DNA of 64,000 bases from Nitrospirota bacterium (GCA_027021335.1 JALUUO010000111.1:498-64497), one strand, 5' to 3'. Shown: positions 30,614 through 41,793, numbered from the stretch's first letter. Translations and numbers: made by a program. The notes: generated by a model from the sequence alone, not told the origin.

Positions 30614-32080
30614 ATGATCCATGAGAATATCAGAGTCGGACTGACCTTTGACGATGTGCTGCTTATTCCCTCCAAGTCTGATGTGCTGCCTACAGAGGTT
30701 TCGGTATCCACAGAGCTGACCAAGTCCATAAAACTTAATATCCCTGTTTTAAGCGCTGCCATGGACACTGTAACCGATTCCCGCATGGCTATTGCCATGG
30801 CCCGTGAAGGAGGCATAGGCTTTATGCACAGGGCCATGACGGTTGAGCAGCAGGCCTCAGAGATTGAACTGGTGAAAAAATCGGAAAGTGGTATGATTAT
30901 TTCTCCTGTCACTATAAACCCTGACGATAAACTCTCAAAGGCCCTGGCCTTGATGGAGAGATACAGAATTTCAGGCATACCGGTTGTCAAAGGCAGAAAT
31001 AAACGGCTTGTGGGAATACTAACAAACCGCGATCTTAGGTTCGAAACAAATTTCAGCCGCAAAATTTCAGAGGTGATGACCAGCCGCAAACTTATAACTG
31101 CCAAAGCCGGAACCACCCTGGAAGAGGCCCAGTCGATTCTACATAAGCACCGCATAGAAAAATTGCCGATAGTGGACAAACAGAAACATCTTATAGGCCT
31201 TATAACGATTAAAGACCTGGAAAAGCGCCGGAAATACCCGAATTCCTGTAAAGACTCCCATGGCCGCCTTCGGGTAGGAGCCGCAGTGGGCGTCGGCAAA
31301 GAGGCTATGTTGCGGGTTGAGATGCTGGTTGAAGCCAATGTGGATGTAATAGCCATTGATACAGCACACGGACATTCAAAAGCAGTACTTCAAATTGCCA
31401 AGGATATTCGCAAACGCTACCCTGATCTCCAGATAGTTGCAGGCAACGTGGCCACGGAAGAGGCCACTAAAGATCTTATCAAAGCCGGAGTCAATGCGAT
31501 AAAAGTGGGGGTGGGGCCTGGCTCCATATGCACCACCAGAATAGTTGCCGGCTCAGGAGTGCCCCAACTTACCGCTATAATGGATTGTGTTAATGCCGCA
31601 AAAGGCAGCGATATCCGTATTATTGCGGATGGCGGAATTAAATACTCCGGGGATATAGTTAAGGCTATAGTTGCAGGCGCAGATTCGGTTATGATAGGAA
31701 GCCTTCTTGCCGGCACAGAGGAAAGCCCCGGTGAAACAATACTATCTCAGGGCCGCACGTACAAAAGTTACCGCGGCATGGGATCTCTTGGCGCCATGGA
31801 AGTGGGTGGAAAAGACCGCTACGGCCAGGATGGCGTGGAGGCTAGAAAGCTTGTTCCCGAAGGAATCGAGGGAAAGGTGCCGTACAAAGGCCTGGCTTCG
31901 GCAACAATTCATCAACTGGTGGGCGGACTTCGCTCAGGTATGGGTTACTGCGGCTGCAAAACCATCAAAGACCTGCAACGCCGTGGCAGATTTATAAAAA
32001 TAACGCCATCCGGTCTTAGGGAAAGTCATGTACATGATGTCACGGTAACCCGAGAGGCACCGAATTACAGGTTATCTTAG
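30614..32080 (+). CDS. guaB: IMP dehydrogenase
   Basis: [11 protein letters not shown], a CBS pair, catalytic [11 protein letters not shown] and GGIKYSGD motifs. Confidence 0.95.
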   Translation: MIHENIRVGLTFDDVLLIPSKSDVLPTEVSVSTELTKSIKLNIPVLSAAMDTVTDSRMAIAMAREGGIGFMHRAMTVEQQASEIELVKKSESGMIISPVTINPDDKLSKALALMERYRISGIPVVKGRNKRLVGILTNRDLRFETNFSRKISEVMTSRKLITAKAGTTLEEAQSILHKHRIEKLPIVDKQKHLIGLITIKDLEKRRKYPNSCKDSHGRLRVGAAVGVGKEAMLRVEMLVEANVDVIAIDTAHGHSKAVLQIAKDIRKRYPDLQIVAGNVATEEATKDLIKAGVNAIKVGVGPGSICTTRIVAGSGVPQLTAIMDCVNAAKGSDIRIIADGGIKYSGDIVKAIVAGADSVMIGSLLAGTEESPGETILSQGRTYKSYRGMGSLGAMEVGGKDRYGQDGVEARKLVPEGIEGKVPYKGLASATIHQLVGGLRSGMGYCGCKTIKDLQRRGRFIKITPSGLRESHVHDVTVTREAPNYRLS

Positions 32081-32092
32081 GAATTATTCTAC

Positions 32093-33631
32093 ATGCATGA
32101 TGAGACTATTTTAGTTCTGGATTTCGGTTCCCAGTACACCCAACTTATCGCTCGCCGTATCAGGGAGGGCAGGGTTTACTCGGAGATCATGCCTTTCAAC
32201 ACCCCGGTAGAGAAAATAAGATCTATGGCCCCGAAAGGGATCGTGCTGTCCGGCGGACCGGCCAGTGTTTACGATCAGGGCGCACCGGTTCCTTCATCCG
32301 AAATATTCGAGCTGGGCGTGCCTGTTCTTGGAATCTGCTATGGCATGCAGCTTATCTCCCATATGATGGGAGGCAGGGTAATGGCATCCAGACGGCATGA
32401 GTACGGAAGAGCCGAACTTCATGTTGATGATGATTCAGACCTGCTGTGGGGAGTAAGCAGTTCTTCTATCGTCTGGATGAGTCACGGTGACAGGCTGGAA
32501 AAAATGCCTGACGGCTTTAAAGGCATAGGGCATACAAGCAATGCTCCGGTTGCCGCTATTTCAAACCCGGACAAACGGCTTTATGCACTACAGTTTCATC
32601 CCGAAGTCGTGCATACGGAGGAGGGAAGCCGGATACTTCATAACTTTGCTCATAGCATATGCGGCTGCCAGGATACCTGGGAGATGTCCTCTTTTATCGA
32701 GTCGGCTTTAGAAGACATACGCAGACATACAGACGGCAAAGATGTTCTCTGTGCGCTTTCAGGCGGTGTGGATTCCTCGGTTGTAGCTCTTCTTCTGCAC
32801 CGGGCTATAGGCAAGCGGCTTACCTGTATTTTTGTGGACAACGGCCTGCTTAGAAAAGGCGAGGCAGACAAGGTGGTCGAAACCTTTGGCAACCATTTTA
32901 ATATGCGCCTTGTGCATGTCCAGGCCGCGGAACGCTTCCTGGCAAAGCTTAAAGGGGTAAGTGATCCTGAGAAAAAACGCAAAATCATAGGCGGTGAATT
33001 CATTAAGGTTTTTGAAGAAGAGGCGGAAAAACTCAAAGAGATAGAGTTTCTTGCTCAAGGAACCCTGTATCCGGATGTGATAGAGAGCGTATCTTTTAAA
33101 GGACCTTCAGCCGTGATCAAATCACATCATAACGTCGGCGGCCTGCCCGATGTGATGAAGCTTAAATTAGTAGAGCCGCTTCGTGAACTATTCAAAGACG
33201 AGGTGCGGGAGATCGGCTTTCAACTTGATTTACCGGAAGAGATCTGTCGTCGTCAACCGTTTCCGGGTCCGGGTCTCGCCATACGCTGCCTGGGTGAAGT
33301 AACCCCTGAAAGATTAACCCTGCTTCGAGAAGCTGATCAGATACTTCTGGAAGAGGTAAAAAAAGCCGGCTTGTATCATAGTATTTGGCAATCTTTTGCT
33401 GTAATACTGCCAATCAAAGCGGTAGGCGTAATGGGTGATGAGCGGACTTACGAAAATGTCGTCGCCCTTCGTGCAGTCACCAGCATTGACGGAATGACCG
33501 CAGACTGGGCCAAGGTCCCCTATGATGTTTTAAGCGCCATCTCAAATCGTATTATCAACGAGGTTCGCGGTGTAAACCGTGTTGTTTACGATATCACCAG
33601 CAAACCCCCGGGCACGATAGAATGGGAGTAA
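32093..33631 (+). CDS. guaA: GMP synthase (glutamine-hydrolysing)
   Basis: GATase domain (GICYGMQL), ATP-PPase SGGVDSSV, and C-terminal dimerisation domain ending ...GTIEWE. Confidence 0.95.
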   Translation: MHDETILVLDFGSQYTQLIARRIREGRVYSEIMPFNTPVEKIRSMAPKGIVLSGGPASVYDQGAPVPSSEIFELGVPVLGICYGMQLISHMMGGRVMASRRHEYGRAELHVDDDSDLLWGVSSSSIVWMSHGDRLEKMPDGFKGIGHTSNAPVAAISNPDKRLYALQFHPEVVHTEEGSRILHNFAHSICGCQDTWEMSSFIESALEDIRRHTDGKDVLCALSGGVDSSVVALLLHRAIGKRLTCIFVDNGLLRKGEADKVVETFGNHFNMRLVHVQAAERFLAKLKGVSDPEKKRKIIGGEFIKVFEEEAEKLKEIEFLAQGTLYPDVIESVSFKGPSAVIKSHHNVGGLPDVMKLKLVEPLRELFKDEVREIGFQLDLPEEICRRQPFPGPGLAIRCLGEVTPERLTLLREADQILLEEVKKAGLYHSIWQSFAVILPIKAVGVMGDERTYENVVALRAVTSIDGMTADWAKVPYDVLSAISNRIINEVRGVNRVVYDITSKPPGTIEWE

Positions 33632-33682
33632 CGAGGAGGGCTAAAGGTTAAGGGCGAAAATCCAAACCCTTTAGCCTAAATA

Positions 33683-34459
33683 TTGATGAAGCAGCGTTTG
33701 CAGAAGATCCTTGCGCATGCCGGTGTGGCGTCCAGGCGTAAGGTGGAGGAGATGATCGCTGAGGGTCTGGTGACTGTAAACGGCCGGGTGGCTGTTATAG
33801 GAGAAAAGGCCGATCCTGCTATAGACCACATAAAGGTGGGGCAGAAAAAAATCTCCGGTTCAGAGCCCAAGGTATACGTTGTGATGAACAAACCGCGGGG
33901 AGTGATAACTTCTCTATCAGACCCCGAGGGCCGCAAAACCGTAATGGACTTTCTTAAAGGCGTCAGGGTTCGCATATTTCCGGTCGGCCGCTTGGATTAC
34001 CACTCCGAGGGACTGCTTATTCTGACCAATGACGGAGAATTGGCCAACAGGCTTATGCATCCCTCCTCTAAAGTGGACAAGGTATATCATGTGAAGATTC
34101 GGGAGAAATTGAGCGACTCTGAAATCAGCCGTCTTCGAAGAGGAATTCGCCTTGACGATGGTATAACTGCGCCGGCGATTGTAAAGCCCCTTCCTGCAAG
34201 CGACAGGGGTTCGTGGGTCGAAATTACTATCCACGAAGGCAGGCAGCGCCAGGTGCGCCGTATGTTCGAAGCGGTTGGACACCTTGTTCAGCGGCTCCGG
34301 CGGGTGCGTATAGGACCGCTGGCCCTGGGCGGTTTAAAAGCAGGGGAGTCAAGATTAATGAGCCAGGATGAACTAACCAAGCTGAGCCGCTCAATAGGAC
34401 CGGCCCGAAAAAAAAGCAAGGTATCAAGGCAAAAGTTAGAGAAAGGTAAAAAAAGATGA
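33683..34459 (+). CDS. rluB: 23S rRNA pseudouridine synthase, RluB/RsuA family
   Basis: S4 domain ([21 protein letters not shown]) plus the catalytic [17 protein letters not shown] motif. Confidence 0.85.
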   Translation: MMKQRLQKILAHAGVASRRKVEEMIAEGLVTVNGRVAVIGEKADPAIDHIKVGQKKISGSEPKVYVVMNKPRGVITSLSDPEGRKTVMDFLKGVRVRIFPVGRLDYHSEGLLILTNDGELANRLMHPSSKVDKVYHVKIREKLSDSEISRLRRGIRLDDGITAPAIVKPLPASDRGSWVEITIHEGRQRQVRRMFEAVGHLVQRLRRVRIGPLALGGLKAGESRLMSQDELTKLSRSIGPARKKSKVSRQKLEKGKKR

Positions 34460-36264
34460 AACGGACACACGCCTGTGTGGATTTGAGGGCAGAACATATA
34501 GGACAGCAGGTTACCCTTGCAGGTTGGGCATGGCGGCGGCGTGATCACGGAGGTGTGATATTTATAGACCTGAGGGATCGCTCAGGCATCACACAAATTG
34601 TTTTCAACCCGGAAGGCGCCGAGGGGCATGATGCTGAGATGCACGGTACCCATGACGAGATGCACAGCATCCATGAAAGGGCGCACAGCATACGAAATGA
34701 GTTTGTGCTTCTGATAAAAGGGGTTGTCAGGCGCAGACCTGAAGGAACAGAAAATGCTTCCCTGCCGACCGGCCAGATCGAGGTGCTTGCTCATCACCTG
34801 AAGATCCTTAATGAGTCAAAACCACTGCCATTTCTTATTGATGAAGGTCCGGAGCCATCAGAGGCGCTTCGGCTTAAGCACCGTTACCTGGATCTTAGAC
34901 GTCCATCGATCCAGAAAAATCTTTTAATAAGAAATCGCGTTGTTTCCCTGGTCCGAAACTTTCTTAGCAAGCAGAACTTTATTGATATAGAAACTCCTGT
35001 TTTAAATAAATCCACCCCTGAAGGCGCAAGGGATTACCTGGTGCCAAGCAGAGTGAATCCCGGACATTTCTATGCACTGCCCCAGTCACCGCAGCTTTTT
35101 AAACAGATACTTATGGTTGCCGGCTTTGAACGTTACTATCAGGTGGTAAAGTGCTTCAGGGACGAAGACTTAAGAGCAGACCGCCAGCCCGAATTCACAC
35201 AGATCGACCTGGAGATGACCTTTGTTGACGAGGAAGACGTAATAGAACTTACCAGCGCAATGATACGCCTGGTGTTCAAGGATGTTCTTGGAGTTGAAGT
35301 TGGAGATATTGCCAACCTTTCCTATCATGAGGCAATTGAGCGTTTCGGCACGGATAAGCCGGATTTGAGGTTCGGCATGGAGCTTAAGGATATGGCGGAT
35401 ATCGTGAGGGAGAGCAGTTTTAAGGTCTTCCTGGATGCCCTCGCCTCGGGTGGAGTGGTCAAGGCTATCTGTGCTCCCGGGATTGCCGGTTACTCGCGCA
35501 AACAGATGGATGATCTTACGGCAGATGCCCAGTCTTACGGCGCAAAAGGCCTTGCCTGGATCAAGGTAAAGGATGCTGGGTTCGACTCTCCCATTGCCAA
35601 GTTTTTTCAGGCAGAAACACTAAAGGCCATGGCTGAAAGACTTGGTGCTTCGGACGGCGATATCATGCTTTTTGTCGCCGACAAAGCCGGAACCACTGCC
35701 GAAACACTCGGACGGCTTCGAGTTATGCTGGGGCAGAGGCTGAACCTTATACCGGAAAATGAATACTGTTTCACCTGGGTAACCGGTTTTCCCCTTCTTG
35801 AGTGGGACGAAGAGCTTGGCCGTTACCAAGCCATGCACCATCCCTTTACCGCACCCTTTGAAGCAGACATAGCTACTTTAATGTCGGAAAACGCTGGAGA
35901 CAACCTTGGCTCTCTGCGTGCCCGTTCCTACGACCTGGTGCTTAACGGGTGCGAAATCGGTGGAGGCAGCATACGTATTCACCAAAAAAATCTGCAACAA
36001 AAAATGCTTAAAGTTCTCGGAATCGCAGAAAAAGAGGCCGATGCAAAATTCGGATTTCTACTGGAAGCACTCGAATACGGCGCGCCACCGCACGGCGGCC
36101 TTGCACTTGGCCTGGACCGTCTTGTTATGCTTATGGTCGGGGCCTCATCAATAAGAGATGTAATTGCTTTTCCTAAAACCCAGAAGGCTGTCTGCCCTCT
36201 GACCGATGCGCCCTCGCCTGTGGATGCAAAACAGCTTCGGGAACTTAGACTGAAATCAGAATAA
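34456..36264 (+). CDS. aspS: Aspartate--tRNA ligase
   Basis: Anticodon-binding OB domain ([15 protein letters not shown]) and class II motifs ([28 protein letters not shown]). It carries a His-rich ~18-aa insertion. Confidence 0.9.
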   Translation: MKRTHACVDLRAEHIGQQVTLAGWAWRRRDHGGVIFIDLRDRSGITQIVFNPEGAEGHDAEMHGTHDEMHSIHERAHSIRNEFVLLIKGVVRRRPEGTENASLPTGQIEVLAHHLKILNESKPLPFLIDEGPEPSEALRLKHRYLDLRRPSIQKNLLIRNRVVSLVRNFLSKQNFIDIETPVLNKSTPEGARDYLVPSRVNPGHFYALPQSPQLFKQILMVAGFERYYQVVKCFRDEDLRADRQPEFTQIDLEMTFVDEEDVIELTSAMIRLVFKDVLGVEVGDIANLSYHEAIERFGTDKPDLRFGMELKDMADIVRESSFKVFLDALASGGVVKAICAPGIAGYSRKQMDDLTADAQSYGAKGLAWIKVKDAGFDSPIAKFFQAETLKAMAERLGASDGDIMLFVADKAGTTAETLGRLRVMLGQRLNLIPENEYCFTWVTGFPLLEWDEELGRYQAMHHPFTAPFEADIATLMSENAGDNLGSLRARSYDLVLNGCEIGGGSIRIHQKNLQQKMLKVLGIAEKEADAKFGFLLEALEYGAPPHGGLALGLDRLVMLMVGASSIRDVIAFPKTQKAVCPLTDAPSPVDAKQLRELRLKSE

Positions 36265-36373
36265 CTTCACTGCTAAAATGATACGAAACTTTGAGGCTTC
36301 GACCATCTCTTTCGGTCTGCCGGATAAGACCGGACATAATTTCAGACTATTACACTTTAGCGTTCGAGGTGAG

Positions 36374-37855
36374 ATGAAAAAACTTATTGGTGGACTCATA
36401 GTGCTACTTGCAGTAGCCACGGCTTTTTATGCAGGCAATAAATTTTCCTCCGGGGGGCCCGACCCGGAAAAACCTGTATCTACATACGCTGTACCAAAAG
36501 TACCTGAACAACTTCTTGAGTCCGGCAGGGCTTTTTCAGAAATCGTAAAGGCTGTCGGGCCGGCAGTCGTTAACATATCAACCGTGAAGGTTTTTAACCA
36601 GCAACCCAGGGAACGTTCTCCTTTTTTCAGCGATCCTTTTTTCAGGGATTTTTTCGGCTCTCCTTTCCGGGAGTACAGAGAGCCAAGAAGTTACAAGGAG
36701 CAGAGCATGGGATCCGGTGTTATTGTCTCGCCCGACGGCCTGATAGTAACCAACAACCACGTAGTCAAAGATGCCGACGAAATAAAAGTAACACTATTTA
36801 ACCGAAAAGAATACCTTGCAGAGATTGTCGGCACGGATCCAAAAACGGATCTTGCAGTAATCAAGATAGAGGAAAAAGAACTTCCTACCGTACCATGGGG
36901 CAACTCTGAAAAACTCGAAGTCGGCGAGTTCGTTCTTGCCATAGGCAGTCCGTTCGGGCTTGCCCGTACAGTAACCATGGGAATTATCAGCGCCACCGGC
37001 CGTGCCAACGTAGGCATTGCGGATTACGAGGATTTCATTCAGACAGATGCTGCTATAAACCCTGGAAATTCCGGAGGCCCGCTGGTGAACATAGGTGGTG
37101 AACTTGTCGGTATAAACACTGCCATCTTCTCAAGAAGCGGCGGTTACCAGGGCATAGGTTTCGCCGTGCCCAGCAACATGGCCAAAAGAGTGATGAAGCA
37201 ACTTCTTAAAGAAGGCAGGGTCAGCCGCGGTTGGTTTGGTGTAACAATACAGGACATTACACCTGAAATCGCGGATCACTTCGGCCTTGCCGAGGTCCGT
37301 GGGGCACTTGTAGGCGATGTAATGCCCGGCAGTCCTGCTGAAAAAGCCGGAATAAGACGCGGAGACGTAGTGCTTGAATTTGATGGAAAGGTTGTTGACG
37401 ATGTCTCCTCATTCAGAAATATCGTCGCCTCCACCACTGCAGGAAGCAAAGTTAGTGTTGTGTTACTGCGTAACGGTAAGAAAAAAACCGTGGATGCGAA
37501 AATCACAGAACTCCCAATCGAGGGGCATGGGAAATTATCTCCCCGAAAATCCAAGAGGGATCTGCAGAAAGACAGCCGCCTTGGACTAAGCGTAATAGGG
37601 CTTTCACGCGATGTGCAGCGTCAGCTTGGCCTGCCGCCCGAGGAGAAAGGCGTGGTTGTTGTACGCGTAGACCCAGGTAGTCCTGCCGATGAAGCAGGCC
37701 TTAGAAAAGGCGATGTAATCCAGGAGGTAAACAGGCAGAGAACCCTGAGTGTTCGGGACTTTGACAACGCTGTCTCAGCAGGCAGAGGCGGTGGCCCCCT
37801 ACTTATGTTTGTAAACAGGCTGGGCAGAAAATTTTACGTATCGGTTGCAGAATAA
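36374..37855 (+). CDS. degP: Periplasmic serine endoprotease DegP/HtrA (Do family, two PDZ domains)
   Basis: Signal peptide, catalytic triad context (TNNHV...D...GNSGGPL), and two PDZ domains. The ATG at 36374 has a GAGGTGAG RBS. Confidence 0.9.
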   Translation: MKKLIGGLIVLLAVATAFYAGNKFSSGGPDPEKPVSTYAVPKVPEQLLESGRAFSEIVKAVGPAVVNISTVKVFNQQPRERSPFFSDPFFRDFFGSPFREYREPRSYKEQSMGSGVIVSPDGLIVTNNHVVKDADEIKVTLFNRKEYLAEIVGTDPKTDLAVIKIEEKELPTVPWGNSEKLEVGEFVLAIGSPFGLARTVTMGIISATGRANVGIADYEDFIQTDAAINPGNSGGPLVNIGGELVGINTAIFSRSGGYQGIGFAVPSNMAKRVMKQLLKEGRVSRGWFGVTIQDITPEIADHFGLAEVRGALVGDVMPGSPAEKAGIRRGDVVLEFDGKVVDDVSSFRNIVASTTAGSKVSVVLLRNGKKKTVDAKITELPIEGHGKLSPRKSKRDLQKDSRLGLSVIGLSRDVQRQLGLPPEEKGVVVVRVDPGSPADEAGLRKGDVIQEVNRQRTLSVRDFDNAVSAGRGGGPLLMFVNRLGRKFYVSVAE

Positions 37856-37911
37856 TAACTGCAACTATCATCTAAATATATAAACATCATTACTGAGGGG
37901 TTAAAACTTAC

Positions 37912-38886
37912 ATGGTTCTAAGAATAGGCTTTATCCTTGTATCGGTACTTATCGGCTACCTGGTAGGCGGCACTGGAAATGAATTAAAAGTCGGACTTTT
38001 AATCGGACTTCTGCTTCCGGTCGCAGCCATAGCTCTCGAACTGATTTTAAGACGTTTTACGGTCTGGACTTTCCTGGGTGGACTCACCGGTCTTCTGACC
38101 GGAACTTTATCGGCCTGGCTTCTCGGGCTTCCTTTTAAAAACATTCCGGGCATTCAAAACTTAAATCTGGACGTTGTCTGTTACGTGCTTCTTGGATACA
38201 CCGGCCTGGCTATAGGGGTTAATCGCGGTAAAAACTTTACTTTTGCCCGATTTTATAAATCTTTAACAGGTCGTGGCAGTGTCGAAAACGTAATGATAAT
38301 AGATACCAGCGCCATCATAGACGGCAGAATAGCTGATATTTGCGAGACAGGTTTTCTGGACGGAGCTTTTATTATTCCCCAGTTTATTCTTCACGAACTT
38401 CAGCATATTGCCGATTCCTCTGACTCGCTGAGACGCACAAGAGGGCGCCGGGGTTTGAATATGCTGCAGAGAATTCAGAAAATAGCCGACGTCAAGGTTC
38501 GTATAATAGACGACGATTTCCCCAGGATTAAAGAGGTGGATGCAAAACTTGTGGCCTTGGCCCGCACAATGAACGGCAAGGTTATAACAACAGACTTCAA
38601 TCTCAACAAAGTCTGCGACGTACAGGGTATTGCTGTACTTAACGTCAACGAACTTGCAAACGCCCTAAGGCCCGTGGCGCTTCCTGGAGAGTCAATGCAT
38701 GTTTACGTGCTGAAGGAAGGCAAGGAGGCGACTCAGGGTGTCGCCTACCTGGATGACGGCACAATGGTGGTCGTCGAAAACGGTCGGCGTATGATAGGCA
38801 AAAAGCTTGACGTGGTGGTGACCAGTGTTTTACAGACCACGGCAGGCAGAATGATTTTTGCAAAACCACGGGACGAGGAGGCCTGA
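37912..38886 (+). CDS. PIN plus TRAM domain membrane-anchored protein (YacL-like)
   Basis: N-terminal TM helices, a PIN domain (IIDTSAIIDGRI), and a C-terminal TRAM-like barrel. Conserved position upstream of ispD-ispF, as for yacL in Firmicutes. Confidence 0.7.
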   Translation: MVLRIGFILVSVLIGYLVGGTGNELKVGLLIGLLLPVAAIALELILRRFTVWTFLGGLTGLLTGTLSAWLLGLPFKNIPGIQNLNLDVVCYVLLGYTGLAIGVNRGKNFTFARFYKSLTGRGSVENVMIIDTSAIIDGRIADICETGFLDGAFIIPQFILHELQHIADSSDSLRRTRGRRGLNMLQRIQKIADVKVRIIDDDFPRIKEVDAKLVALARTMNGKVITTDFNLNKVCDVQGIAVLNVNELANALRPVALPGESMHVYVLKEGKEATQGVAYLDDGTMVVVENGRRMIGKKLDVVVTSVLQTTAGRMIFAKPRDEEA

Positions 38887-38899
38887 GGGCAGACTAAAA

Positions 38900-39595
38900 A
38901 TGATAGTTGTCGCTTTGGTTCCCGGGGCAGGTATGGGCAGGCGCATAGGGCCTTCGGCCAGGAAGCCTTTTTTTGAAATAGGCGGGTTGCCAATAATGGC
39001 ACATACGCTGAAACTGCTTCAGTCGATAACCGCCATCACCGAAATCATACCTGTTCTTAGGAACTCCGATATCGATGATACGCTTGCCCTGGTTGAACAA
39101 TACAGAATTGATAAGGTTGGAAGAATAGCCCCAGGCGGTGCCGAGCGGCAGAACTCGGTTTATAATGGATTGAAACTGCTTGGGAGTTCTACGGATATCG
39201 TGCTGGTACACGATGCCGTCAGACCCTTTGCAAGCCGAAAGATGGTTGAAGAAATTATACTGCAAGCCTCAAGAGGAATAAGCGCAGTGCCGGGTCTGCC
39301 TGTCAAGGATACCATTAAAGAAGTAAGTGGAGACGGTATCGTGATCTCCACACTTCAACGCAGCCGCCTTATGGCGGTACAGACTCCGCAGGCTTTTCCA
39401 TTTTTAACGCTTAAAAAAGCGTATGACAAAGCGGCTGCCGAAGGTTTTTTCGCCACTGATGATGCAGCCCTGGTGGAACATATGGGAGAAACTGTAAAAA
39501 TCGTGCAGGGCTCTTACGAAAACATCAAAATCACGACTGCCGGCGATCTGGCTTTGGCCGAATTCATATATAAAAACCGTGAAGGTATAACGTGA
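38900..39595 (+). CDS. ispD: 2-C-methyl-D-erythritol 4-phosphate cytidylyltransferase
   Basis: MIVVALVPGAGMGRR N-terminus and ~230 aa. Start set at the ATG at 38900. Confidence 0.85.
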   Translation: MIVVALVPGAGMGRRIGPSARKPFFEIGGLPIMAHTLKLLQSITAITEIIPVLRNSDIDDTLALVEQYRIDKVGRIAPGGAERQNSVYNGLKLLGSSTDIVLVHDAVRPFASRKMVEEIILQASRGISAVPGLPVKDTIKEVSGDGIVISTLQRSRLMAVQTPQAFPFLTLKKAYDKAAAEGFFATDDAALVEHMGETVKIVQGSYENIKITTAGDLALAEFIYKNREGIT

Positions 39596-40071
39596 GTTAC
39601 CGGATAGGCCATGGTTACGATTCTCATCGCCTGGTTGAGAAGAGAAAGCTGATTCTGGGCGGAGTGGAGATTCCATTTGAAAAGGGGCTGGCGGGACACT
39701 CTGACGCTGATGTCCTATGCCACGCAATAACCGACGCACTTATCGGGGCCCTAGGCCTTGGCGACATAGGAATGCATTTTCCTGATACCGATCCGGCCTG
39801 GAAGGGAGCCGACAGTCTTTACCTGCTTGGCAAGATGGTTGAAAAAGTGGTTGATATGGGTCTTGAAGTCACTTGGGTCGACACTACGGTAGTGGCCGAA
39901 AAACCCCGAATCGCTCCATACATAAACCGCATGAAGAAAAGGATTTCATCAGCCGGAATTTCAGAGGACAAAATTAATATAAAGGCTAAAACCGCTGAGG
40001 GCATGGGCCCGGTAGGCCGTGGTGAGGGTATGGATGCCTATGCCGTCTGTCTGCTTGAGATAATTGCTTAA
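39592..40071 (+). CDS. ispF: 2-C-methyl-D-erythritol 2,4-cyclodiphosphate synthase
   Basis: RIGHGYDSHRL and HSDADV motifs; 159 aa; 4-nt overlap with ispD. Confidence 0.9.
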   Translation: MSYRIGHGYDSHRLVEKRKLILGGVEIPFEKGLAGHSDADVLCHAITDALIGALGLGDIGMHFPDTDPAWKGADSLYLLGKMVEKVVDMGLEVTWVDTTVVAEKPRIAPYINRMKKRISSAGISEDKINIKAKTAEGMGPVGRGEGMDAYAVCLLEIIA

Positions 40072-40112
40072 TCTTTAAATGGAGTTGGTTAAAGTAAAGT
40101 TATCTGTATATC

Positions 40113-40796
40113 GTGTTTAACCTTGGGAAAAACTGTTTTTGCAATCACTGGGGAAGATCGCTTATCGAACAACTGCTTGTAGTGGCCACTATAGGCATAG
40201 TAGCAGCTGTCGGGGTGCCGGAATACAGCAAATTTGCCTCTAAAAATAGAATAAAAAGAGCTGCTAACGACCTGGTCCAGGAGATGAGACTTACCAGGAC
40301 AATCGCCATGCTGGAAAACAGGGAGTATTTAATGATTTTCGATAAAGATCCTGACTCGAACCCCGGCACTAATGATGACAGATACCTTATCGGCTTTGAC
40401 GGAGATGGAGACAAGCAACTGAAAACCCAGGGCATCGATGGATACCAAAACGGGCCTGTAAAGGTTATAAACCTTTCCGATTATGGACCAGCTGTAACGT
40501 TTGGAACGCTTTCCGAACGCAGAACAAACGGCGACCCGGTGGATAACTCTTATTGCAAAGGCAAAACCGCCTGCTTCGGCAATACCAAGCCTGCACGTGA
40601 AGTATTCAAGCCCTCCGGATCTGTTGGTTTTAGAGGATCTGTATACTTTCAAGACAACCCGGATAAGTTCAACTCAAGAGGTTTTTCCTATGCTGTTGTG
40701 GTGAGCAACTTTTCCGCAAGAATTAACCTATGGCGCTGGAACGGTGAAAAAGATAAGCCGCCTTCAAGTTTTCCGTACTGGACGGAGCTGCGTTAG
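40113..40796 (+). CDS. Type IV pilin-like minor pseudopilin, FimT/FimU (GspH) family, paralogue 1
   Basis: Prepilin cleavage/methylation motif G|RSLIEQLLVVATIGIVAAVGVP (Glu at +5), ~210-aa mature protein, and a conserved C-terminal WRWNG...W.E. GTG start; the 14-aa leader is MFNLGKNCFCNHWG. Confidence 0.7.
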   Translation: MFNLGKNCFCNHWGRSLIEQLLVVATIGIVAAVGVPEYSKFASKNRIKRAANDLVQEMRLTRTIAMLENREYLMIFDKDPDSNPGTNDDRYLIGFDGDGDKQLKTQGIDGYQNGPVKVINLSDYGPAVTFGTLSERRTNGDPVDNSYCKGKTACFGNTKPAREVFKPSGSVGFRGSVYFQDNPDKFNSRGFSYAVVVSNFSARINLWRWNGEKDKPPSSFPYWTELR

Positions 40797-40864
40797 TGCC
40801 TGATGAATATGCCAGCGCTTCCGGACACAAAAGCGTCAAAATATGTAAAGATGTTCCGTATGCT

Positions 40865-40880
40865 ATGTAATTCATTACAT
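40865..40880. promoter_or_regulatory. Inverted repeat ATGTAAT-tc-ATTACAT ~95 bp upstream of the sigma-54-like promoter; candidate enhancer-binding (bEBP) site
   Basis: Read directly; the position is consistent with an upstream activator sequence. Confidence 0.3.
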
Positions 40881-40966
40881 AATCACGGATGTCTTATGCT
40901 CTTTGCAACCTTAAAAAACACTTAAGTTTCAGCATGTTTTATCCGACCGGGAAAATACGTATATCC

Positions 40967-40982
40967 TGGCATGAAAGATGCT
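40967..40982 (+). promoter_or_regulatory. Sigma-54 (RpoN)-type promoter candidate TGGCAT-N5-ATGCT upstream of the second FimT-like gene
   Basis: GG and GC dinucleotides sit at the canonical -24/-12 spacing (TGGCATgaaagATGCT), ~75 nt upstream of the ATG at 41059. Confidence 0.4.
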
Positions 40983-41058
40983 GGCAAATCTGTAAGTGGA
41001 GGCTTGAATTATAATGTGTTTATGCTGTTTATCAAGTAAAGGGGGCGCCAAGTAAATA

Positions 41059-41793
41059 ATGTTTAGCATGAAAAGTATCTATTTCTGCAACCGGCGTGGC
41101 GTATCTCTTATCGAGCTGGCTGTTGTAATTGCGATTACAGGTTTTATAGCGGCCATAGGAATTCCTCAATACAGCAGGTTTGCTGCTAAAAACAGTGTGC
41201 AAAGATTTGCAAGCGACTTGGTCCAGAATATAAGACTTGCAAAAACAATAGCTGAAAAGGAAGACAGAGAGTATTTAATAGTTTTCGACCAGGTTAATAA
41301 CAGGTACTTATTCGGCTTTGATGGAAACGGTGACGGCGATCTTCTTGACGTTACTATTGATGGATTCGGAACCTGCCAATATGATGCAAATAATAATGGA
41401 ACCATAGAAGAAACTGAAAGAACTCCGGCTAATGATCAGGATCTTAATCTCGACGGCGTGCCTGATTGCATAAGAGTTGTGAATTTAAACGATTATGGGA
41501 ACTACGTAGCAATCGGTTATCAGGAACTAGACTCAATAATGCCGCCAAACCCTCCAGATCCAGATTATCCGCCTATTCCCGCTACCGGCCTGGATTTTCC
41601 TGGTAATACTATTGTTTTTAACAATTTAGGTGCCGTTGATAGCCCGGGGTTTATTTACCTTCAGCATGCCAACACCAACAGCGGTTACAGTTACTGCGTA
41701 GCTGTAGTCGGATTCGCAGGTGGAGTAAGCATGTGGAGATGGGATGGAGATGCGGCAAGGCCAGCTGTGACAACATGGACGGAGGTAAGATGA
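41059..41793 (+). CDS. Type IV pilin-like minor pseudopilin, FimT/FimU (GspH) family, paralogue 2
   Basis: G|VSLIELAVVIAITGFIAAIGIP prepilin motif. Clear paralogue of the 40113 gene (shared ...NRIKR/VQRFA.DLVQ..RLA/TRTIA...EYL..FD...YL.GFDG.GD... and a C-terminal WRW.G). The 14-aa leader is MFSMKSIYFCNRRG. Confidence 0.7.
   Translation: MFSMKSIYFCNRRGVSLIELAVVIAITGFIAAIGIPQYSRFAAKNSVQRFASDLVQNIRLAKTIAEKEDREYLIVFDQVNNRYLFGFDGNGDGDLLDVTIDGFGTCQYDANNNGTIEETERTPANDQDLNLDGVPDCIRVVNLNDYGNYVAIGYQELDSIMPPNPPDPDYPPIPATGLDFPGNTIVFNNLGAVDSPGFIYLQHANTNSGYSYCVAVVGFAGGVSMWRWDGDAARPAVTTWTEVR

Noticed and set aside
30571-31356. 261-aa minus-strand ORF antisense to guaB
   Set aside because: guaB is unmistakable (CBS pair plus catalytic loop). 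The antisense frame is open only because of the codon bias of a highly expressed gene, and it has no motifs.
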